The notes beneath the pieces are model-generated. The model saw nothing but the letters and a program-made list of their open reading frames with translations. It did not search any database and was not told where the DNA came from. The position numbers were made by a program, and so were the translations under genes. DNA of 64,000 nt from Gordius albopunctatus (taxonomy: Eukaryota): NCBI GenBank assembly GCA_964276515.1, contig OZ193910.1, positions 868,001 to 932,000 on the forward strand, read 5' to 3'. Below are positions 27,701 through 35,834 of this stretch, one piece after another (position 1 is the stretch's first letter; each line of letters opens with the position of its first letter).

Positions 27701-29438
27701 AATCATACGGTAATTCCATAAAAATATCATCACATATTGTACAACTATTACTTTATTTCATAAAGATATACTTGGCAAATTGTATTCACTTATTCAGATC
27801 GAATTTATAATCATATTTATCATAGACTCTAATCACTTCATCACGAAAATTCAAAATAATAAAATATGACTGAATGTGAAACGGAAGAAGTACATAGGAA
27901 ACCAAAACACCACTAGCGTTTAAATTCGATTTTTTAATTTTTTAAATTTGTGGCATTAAATTTTTTGAGGTATATGCTCATTTAAACAAGCTGAAGCATT
28001 GATTATACAAATGTTCATATATCAAATATTCTATATTTATTAAAATATATCTTGTATTACAGGGAGACACTTTATATAATAAATTTTTATCTTATAAATT
28101 ATTTTAAAAAATCGAAAATCAATTAGAACCCTCTATCAAGGTTGCTTATAATTAATTTTTATAATTTAACATCTCAAATTAACTAGAAATAGTCCAAAAT
28201 AAATGAGCATGAGTGAATATAGAAATTAGAGTCAATGCCTACAATTTTAAAACATCTTTCATAGGTGCACTAATGCTTCATATATATCTATTTCTACTAT
28301 TTATAATTGATATATTTATAAAATTTGAAACAAATGACCTAAATTCATTTATAATATACTGGAGGTTATAATAATTTTTTCTTTTTAATAAACTTTCACT
28401 GTTACTATTTGAAGAATCAAATGCCAAACCTATAAATATTTAGGATATATTTTAAAGCAATTACATCAATTTTTTAAATTTTTAGTCGTTATTTGCTAGA
28501 AAGCAAACGCTCTCATTCCACTTTTCATGTTGTTTCCTTATATGAAAGCCTGTGTCCCGAAATATCTTATTCGATTTTCTCGTTACCTTACCACCATAAC
28601 ATAAATGAGGATTATCAGTTTGTGGCGCATATGGATCTTCTTTTACCGGATCATAGTATCTACGACCTCCTTTTTATCTCTGGCTCACACGCCCCTTGAT
28701 GATAGACGTAGTTTAGGCATTAGCGCTTCCTGCCTATTCTCGAGTTTCAACGCGCCTCTTCCCATATATTTTTAATCAATTCCTTTATCTAATTGCTGCC
28801 AAGCAAAAGAGGCCACTTCTCGACTGCCACTAAGAGTAGCAAGATTTAAAGCGTCTGCTTTAGGCAGGCCTTGGCTTTTACGTCGGCGATTATTTCTATT
28901 TCCCTGTTTACATATTCAGACGGTTGGCGTGGGTTCTGTCACTGTTAAAAGGGGCTTCCTCCAAAGCTTTCATAGCCGTTAGGCGTCTATGATTGGACCT
29001 GTGGGTTCCGACAGGGCATGCCCTGTTATCCCCCACAGCGTTTATTAGTTATATACTCATAAACAAAAACAACTACAGATAAGATAAGTGTAAGTATACT
29101 CATTATGAACGACGAGCGAGGTTTGACATGAATCGTGTGAACAAAGAAAAATGGCGCGCGCGTCGATAAATGTGATAGATAAATCAGCTGGTGGCGAAAA
29201 TTTATATATACTTGTAAGGAATAAATGGGAGAAAAGGTGTTATAAAGGTAAAACGTATAACGCGAAATTCCAAAGAGCGTTGGTTTAATCAGCGGTTTTC
29301 TTTATATAGGTGCGTATGGTAATGCGTGCAAGGGTTTAGTTCTGTTCTACACCTTCGTTTATGGAAATTTCGCCTCCAGCCCAAGTTCCCCAATCAAAGA
29401 GGTCCTCTTCCTCGAAAACGTCTGGGATGGTTTCGCTC

Positions 29439-31082
29439 TCAGGTGGCTCTCCCGATACTATGGACGGAACGGTGTATCTTTCGGGGGGGGAGCCAGGTAC
29501 GTGACGGGTAGTCGGCCGGGTTCTCTTCTGTCGGGATCCACTGGATATTGTACCTTATGGCTAGCAGGGCATTGAGCCCGTATTCCTTCACAAACCGTGA
29601 GATGAGCTCTTCGATAATTGGGGAGTTTGACCCCCCCTTCATAAGAACGTAGTATGCGGTTGTCGAGTCGGTGCGGATCCTAGGGAAAGGGGTCCCTCCG
29701 AATCTAGCGACCAGGTAACCATATATCGCTCCCAACGTTTCGCACAATGTGATGTGGGGATCCGGGGGGAGCGTGAAGTTGAGTGCCGCGGCTGCGTCCT
29801 CGAACGTAATGGACAAGTTGTTGGTTCCCCATGTTATGCCGATGTGTTCGTTCGATGCGTCGGTGTAGACGGTCAAGTCCGGGGGAACGTATAGTGGGAT
29901 ACGCTGTTTCAGGGATGTGACTATGGCGAGGAGCTTGAAGCAGGCATGGTTCATGTTGAATAGCCTCAAGCGGTCTGACAGATATGCGTAGAAAGGAGCT
30001 AGGAGCTTTGACATACCTGTCAGGTTGTATAGGAAGTAGTTGAGCACTCCCAGTGCTTCCAGTAGGATTTGGGTGGGTGGTGGTGTGTTGGTCGCGAAGG
30101 CGAAGAATAGTATATCAGCTGCGTATTCCAGTCTAGTGATCACCTGTGTGGTGCATCTGATTGAATGGTCGATGAATGATAGGTTCAGGCCCAGGTATTC
30201 GATGTCGCGTGTGGGGAGAATTGAGGATTTTCGTGCGTTTATCGTTAGCCGCCATTCCGAGGCTAGAGTGAACATGGATTCTAGATCCTCTTGTACGTCC
30301 GCGTGTGTGGTTCCATAGATCAGGATGTCGTCTAAGTAGACGTTATATTTACATTTGTGTACCGCCTTTTTGGTAAGGTCCGAAACAACAATTTGCAGAA
30401 CGTACGGGGAGTAGGATGCTCCCATGGGTAGGACCTTGTATCTGTATTTACGTGTTTTATATGTATAGGCGGCAAATTTGCGGGCCGATACGTTTAGCGA
30501 GATGCTGAAGAAGGCAGCTTTTAGGTCGATTTTGGCGACCCAATTTGCTCTGCTCAGCTGTCTAGATGTGAGGGGGATGGATGCCAGTTTGACGGGGTAG
30601 TGTATGTAATTTTTAGATACCTGAGAGAGGTCGGTAATTACCCTGGCATCCACGTTGGTTTTTGGAATAAAGAATGTTGCCGATTTTATTATTTCCTTCT
30701 CCGTTATTTCCACGACGTCTGCGTCGACCATCGTCTGAAAGTATTCCGGTTTCCCTCTCGATATTTCTTTTCTCCGGGACGTGAGGAATATACCATTATG
30801 TTCCCGAATTTTGTTCATATCGAATCTCGGGGTGAATCCATTCCGGGCTATCCGCCTTGTGAATGGAGATTGCGAATGATGTGGCCGAAGCTTTGAGGTG
30901 GATATGTCCAGCTGACCGGTGGGAGATGGGAGCTGGGGCTCTTTATTCCACCGGAAAATGGATTTGTGGAGGCCAAAAATGGGAAGCGTTTCCGATCCCA
31001 TTTCCCGACCGAAGGCGGCCTCCACTTGTTGTATGCACTGTTCGACTTCAGGGGCAAGAAATAATTTATTGGAATAATCCAT
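29439..31082 (-). CDS. Reverse transcriptase-RNase H polymerase with a putative N-terminal terminal-protein domain (hepadna/nackedna P-like), 547 aa
   Basis: RT: FFIPK..ARVITDLSQVS, IDLKAAFF, LPMGASYSPYVL, YLDD, EYLG; RNase H: YTDAS, HITLCE, RTDST, WIPTEENPADYPSR; N-terminal GLHKSIFRWNKEPQLPS and EYFQTMVDADVV resemble HBV TP motifs GLYSSTVPVFNPEWQTPS and T3 HYLHTLWKAGIL. Confidence 0.85.
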   Translation of the reverse strand: MDYSNKLFLAPEVEQCIQQVEAAFGREMGSETLPIFGLHKSIFRWNKEPQLPSPTGQLDISTSKLRPHHSQSPFTRRIARNGFTPRFDMNKIREHNGIFLTSRRKEISRGKPEYFQTMVDADVVEITEKEIIKSATFFIPKTNVDARVITDLSQVSKNYIHYPVKLASIPLTSRQLSRANWVAKIDLKAAFFSISLNVSARKFAAYTYKTRKYRYKVLPMGASYSPYVLQIVVSDLTKKAVHKCKYNVYLDDILIYGTTHADVQEDLESMFTLASEWRLTINARKSSILPTRDIEYLGLNLSFIDHSIRCTTQVITRLEYAADILFFAFATNTPPPTQILLEALGVLNYFLYNLTGMSKLLAPFYAYLSDRLRLFNMNHACFKLLAIVTSLKQRIPLYVPPDLTVYTDASNEHIGITWGTNNLSITFEDAAAALNFTLPPDPHITLCETLGAIYGYLVARFGGTPFPRIRTDSTTAYYVLMKGGSNSPIIEELISRFVKEYGLNALLAIRYNIQWIPTEENPADYPSRTWLPPRKIHRSVHSIGRAT

Positions 31083-31090
31083 ACTTATTA

Positions 31091-31344
31091 TTAATATATG
31101 AATTGATAGTCAAAATATCTAAAGCATAGGTGAACCAGGGCAAAATTATGGCCTGCTCTGCACGTATCCACTGCGACTTCCTCGAATTGCAGGTGCACCA
31201 TCATTAGAGGACAATATTTCCCCTTAAATAAATCTCTCAGCCTGCTGGTAAATTTCTCGAATATCCATTCCGTTGTGTTCTCTGGGCTGGCATCGTCAGT
31301 CACCACCCGGAATGCTTCAGAAGATGACTGGAACTACTTGACAT
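31091..31344 (-). CDS. Small ORF immediately upstream of the polymerase (71 aa open from GTG 31306; ~84 aa from ATG ~31344 if a 1-nt frameshift is repaired)
   Basis: Open frame VVTDDASPENTTEWIFEKF...YQFIY ends 8 nt before the polymerase ATG; an upstream ATGTCAAGTAGTTCC is one base out of frame. Confidence 0.4.
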
Positions 31345-31853
31345 ATAATATTAGCTTCCAACTACATTATAAAGAACTCTATCAAATCTCCTAACTAATA
31401 CGATTCCATATAGGTTTAGATTCTGCTCCAAGAACGCTAGCTGTTGAGGAGGACGGAAAATTTATTTAATAGGGAAAAGGGAATCGTGGATTAAACTGTA
31501 CATCTAGTACCAGAATACACGCGACGCAATACAACCAAAAAATAGAATTTTCTTATTACAAACTTAACATAACTTCACTAATAACATAGAAATATAAAAC
31601 GCATGTATACAAATAATTCGTAAACATTACTCACACGTAATCTCAGAACCTTTTGAATCCTAACAATTACAATAGAGTTTATGTCTTGGCACTTCCATAC
31701 ATCGATCTTTTCAACCGTTTTTTTTAATACTGAATGTCTTTTGTTACCTTGTTGCACCTTAGTTAAATTAAACATTTTAAATTATGGTCATATGTGATCA
31801 TGAGTTGTATATTTCAATGTCACCTTGTTTATACATTCATTAAATGTTAAAGC

Positions 31854-34014
31854 ATGAGTTTTGGAAAAAATATATTAAATAGTAATATTTTTGTTTTAAA
31901 CCGTACTATCTATTTAGAAACAGGATATGCTAGATTATATTTTTATGCGGAATGTCATAGTACACCCAAATTAATCCGTTCAACTCAAATTCAGCCTGGT
32001 AATTGTATACCTGCATATACTGCCAATACACATGAAGATTATTTTGCCTCACACATCACCCAAATACCTATTGACAAATCAATTTTAGGAGTTTCTACTA
32101 ATTACGATTCAACTTTCCCGCAATCAAAAGCTGTTTGCACTCATTATATAGAAGTTGCAGAAGAATCAGGTAAAATAATATTTTTCAACTCTAAAAGTTT
32201 TAGTGTCAAAAATCTCTAAAGAATTACATAAACACATAAGTAAAGATAAAGAAGTTTACCTAATTAATCCAGGTAAATTGATATTCAAATTATTGAACAA
32301 TATATATTTATTTAGTAGTTTATAAGTACTAATTAGTTTAAATTTTTATAGGCAAAGGAAGTTTGACACAAAATTTAATAGATGATGGCATTAGGAAGTT
32401 AAGATTAATTGAATCAAGAAAATTGGGTTATAGTTTCTTGGAGGTAACATCAAAATTCATAATATACAAATGAAATTAATGATCTTTATAATTTATTTTA
32501 TTCAAAACTCTATATAATAAATTGATTTAGCTAATGTTTACCTATTGTGTTTGACATATTAAAAATTTTTAACCAAGCAACATTTTACTTATATTCTTTA
32601 TTTTTTTGGGAAATAATAAATTATATCATATATGTTAGAAATCATTTCAAAACAATCCTCAATGGAAAACGGCTATTACTTCAATTTCTCATTTCAACTT
32701 TTTTGACTTGAAGCAAACTCATACCTTTAGAGCCCACAAAAAGGAATTTTGGAATAACAAAGATGCCATTTATAACAAATTATCAACCAAGGTAATTTAG
32801 CATCTATCCATTTTACAAGCAATTTTAAACTTTAATTTTTCTTTTTTTTTTACCAGGATTTTAACGATTCTTGGCAAAAAGGTGAGTTAATTTATTTTTC
32901 ATTTTTATAATTAAAATTTTTTTATTAGAACCTAAAGTGGAAATTGTGGGTATTATTCCTTGGAGGTATGAAGCTGGTTTCATGCACAACGCAATTCTGC
33001 AATTACAGCATAATAACCCAGATAGTTTATATTCGCATGGTCGAATTCAATTCCTTTTCTACATATCGGGCAAAGAGGCCACAGTAACTACATACTACTA
33101 CTGTTGTAAAAACGGATGGGTTTGTATTTGTTTGGTCGACCAATATGCTAAGTCAAAATTTGAAAAACTGACCAGAGCCTTTAGTCTTAGTTTAACACCA
33201 GAGTGACCAAACAAATCTTCTAATTTATTATTTATGTTTTGCAATTTAATAAAAATTTAAGATGATATCTCCTGGAATATTGTTGCAATATTATGCCTTT
33301 GAACCCTCACTTTTAAACATAATATCATTATGCTAAATAATGACTTTTTTAAATGAAAATTATTTTTTTAATATTTTTTGTTTTCAAAATAGTATATGAA
33401 GACTGGTATGGGTTGTCCACCTTATAAAACATTTTGGTACAATTACGCCTCTGTAGCTTACAAGCTATTTTACGACATCCAGTTTTTGGGTAGTCAACCG
33501 CTAACCGATTTTAAACCAGATCTTACATCTCACCTTAAAATGGTAAGCATGAAAAATAAATATTTTGATAAATTATTATTTTTGTCAAGTTAAAATCGCC
33601 AAAATTCGACAATACTCGGGTTCATTTGGTTAGAGTGGTACCAAAACCGACTTTGTACCGAGAATGGGGAGATCATAAAAGAATAGGAACGTTTTTAGCC
33701 TTGGTCCGACACCTTATGAGAAAGCCATCGGCTACAATAGGCTCTCACATCCAAAGATGGCCGAATCTTAAGACTAGCCTCCCCGACAGAAAAATTAGTA
33801 ATTTTACATTTTGGGTTTTATTATATTTAATTTTGAAAATTATAAAAATGTGTGGTCCTTTTTAGATGAAATGCGGCCCGAGGATATGGTGAGCCTTTTT
33901 AAAAGCGTCTCCAAATGTCCAGAATACACAAACTACCTCACAACCCTAACTGGTCAAGCATCCTTCGGTTACAATCGAATCGAATTCGACAAAATTCAAG
34001 AAGATTCTATATAA
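31854..34014 (+). CDS. TFB2M: Mitochondrial transcription factor B2 / rRNA adenine dimethylase-like (KsgA family); exons 31854-32169, 32222-32272, 32352-32443, 32639-32791, 32857-32881, 32929-33083, 33393-33542, 33590-33797, 33866-34014
   Basis: Phase-consistent splicing gives VYLINPGKGSLTQNL..GIRKLRLIES (degenerate SAM-binding motif), VEIVGIIPW, LYSHGRIQFLFYIS, VHLVRVVPK, EMRPEDMVSLF, all recalling TFB2M; TFB1M vs TFB2M not tested. Confidence 0.72.
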
Positions 34015-34053
34015 TTTTGCTTTATTATTATTTTAGACAAAGATTATAAATAA

Positions 34054-35834
34054 CTATATATCGTAAAGAGAAATTCCTTTTTGCAAAAATGTTTTAAGCA
34101 CGTCAGCTGTTGAACAGCGGGCTATGAGAGGATTCCAAATTTTATTGGGTTCGCATGGGACAGACATAGCTGTACCAGAAGCTGGGTCGCATTGAATGTA
34201 TTTTCCTGAATCGGTGGGGTCTGGAAATCGCAACAAACCCATAGACATACCTTCTTGCGTGCACGGATTGTAGGATGAAAGGCTAGGAGGTGCTATAAAA
34301 TTTCGAGATTGTTGGCCTTGTGGTATAGGAGCAAAAGGTCTATGTTGAAATGGAATTTGAGATTGCTGCTGCTGCTGAAATGCTCCGGCTGTGGGTTGGG
34401 GTTGAAAGGCGAGGCCAGCTAATTAATTTTAGGATAAATTATTTTGGTTATAGGCATTTGCCGCTTACTCGGTGGAGTTCTGGGAGGGTTCACTTTAGGA
34501 AACTGACCTTGTTGAGCACCTATAAAATTATAATGATAGAGCAAATATGAGATTTCTAGGCTATTACCTAATTGAGATCTGGGATCGAAAGGGCTTATTT
34601 GCTGTTGGAAAGCAGGGTTAGGACCTTGTGGTTGTAGTGATGATTGTTGAAATGGATTGGGTGGAAATTGTTGACCCGGTGAAGTGCCAAAAATTGAAGC
34701 AAAGCCCTGGGTCCCATCGTCGGGGGCGTTGAGAAGTTGTTTATTGATATCGTCAAGTTGGGCATTGAGTGCAGCTAAATAGGAAACGGGGTCAGTTCCA
34801 GGTGTTCCGAAAGCTACACTAGGTGGTAAACCGCCCGGGCCTTGGCTCAGGACATTTTGGGCTGGTGTTCCGAAAGCTACACTAGGTGGTAAACCGCCCG
34901 GGCCTTGGCTCAGGCCATTTTGGGCTGATGTTCCGAAAGCTACACTAGGTGGTAAACCGCCCGGGCCTTGGCTCAGGCCATTTTGGGCTGATGTTCCGAA
35001 AGCCACACTAAGTGGTAGACCACTCGGACCTTGGTTCAGGCCATTTTGGGCTGATGTTCCGAAAGCCACACTAGGTGGTAGACCACTCGGACCTTGGTTC
35101 AGGCCATTTTGGGCTGATGTTCCCAAAACTAAACTAGGTGGTAGACCGCCCGGACCTTGGTTCAGGCCACTTTGGGCTGACCCGAAGGTAGGAGGAAATT
35201 GAGATGGGCCAAAGTTTGGAGCGCTCGGAGCGGATTGAAATCCTCGTATCGCGCCGAACTGTTGATTTAGACCCGTCGGTGGGGCTTGATTATTGTCTGC
35301 GAACCAATTACTAGCAGTACTTCTCGGAGCGAACTGACCCGTTCCTGGACTCGCGCCTAGCTGTTGATTTAAACCCGTCGGTGGAGCCTGATTTTTGGTT
35401 GCGAACCAATTACTAGCAGCACTTCTCGGAGCGAACTGACTCGGTCCTGCACCTATACCAGCATTTGATTGTAGCAGAGATGAGACAACGTCGGGTGGAA
35501 CGAGGGAAGAGGGTATATCTTGACCAGTTGCCAAACCGGTGAAACCAGCTAGTTTAAGCAATTGACCAATATTTTGTGTGCTACCGCCCCCGAAAGTAGC
35601 AGTGGCCCCTGGGCTATTACTTAAATCGTTGGGATTCCAAATTCCGGTAGCCGGATTCGGGAATAAGTCCAAATTTTTTGAAGCGGTGAAGGCATCAAAC
35701 CTAGCACTATCTTGGGGATTGGCAAAAAAATTGGGACCGCTAGAGGGGATAAAAGTAGGGTTCAGCACGAAACACACCGATAATTTCAATATGGCCGCTA
35801 ATGTTAAAGCGTGGTGAAAGATGGCAAAGCCCAT
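34054..35834 (-). CDS. Secreted Gly/Pro/Gln-rich repeat protein with a C-terminal CBM14 (peritrophin-A-like) domain; exons 35834-34568, 34519-34469, 34418-34054
   Basis: Hydrophobic signal peptide MGFAIFHHALTLAAILKLSVC; two short GT-AG introns restore the frame; C-terminus NPC...FPDPTDSGKYIQC...C.P..IWNP..ARC fits ChtBD2 spacing. Confidence 0.8.
34800..35180 (-). repeat. Coding tandem repeat: about six 63-bp units (21-aa QGPGGLPPSVAFGTSAQNGLS); a further ~108-bp duplication lies at 35260-35440
   Basis: Directly visible in DNA and in the ORF translation. Confidence 0.95.

Larger units (their letters stand above)
28485..31535 (-). mobile_element. Candidate endogenous hepadnavirus-like / nackednavirus-like (HEART-type) retroelement, ~3 kb, boundaries approximate
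   Basis: Abrupt GC-richer island; carries a TP-RT-RNase H ORF, upstream small ORFs and downstream TATA/AATAAA/stem-loops; no LTR, integrase or tyrosine recombinase visible. Confidence 0.65.

Noticed and set aside
29439..31082. Calling the RT a standard DIRS/Ngaro or LTR retrotransposon
   Set aside because: No gag, tyrosine recombinase, integrase, LTRs or split repeats are visible, and several motifs (DLSQVS, PMG..SP, NPADYPSR, TP-like N-terminus) fit hepadna-type P better; kept only as the alternative hypothesis
30040..31129. Plus-strand ORFs within the polymerase, and minus-strand 30848-31057 as an envelope-like overlapping gene
   Set aside because: Short, with non-ATG starts and no hydrophobic surface-protein character; most are antisense shadows
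34419..34567. C-terminus of the 471-aa ORF as given in the ORF track
   Set aside because: It reads through two GT-AG introns; the spliced model continues to the CBM14 domain
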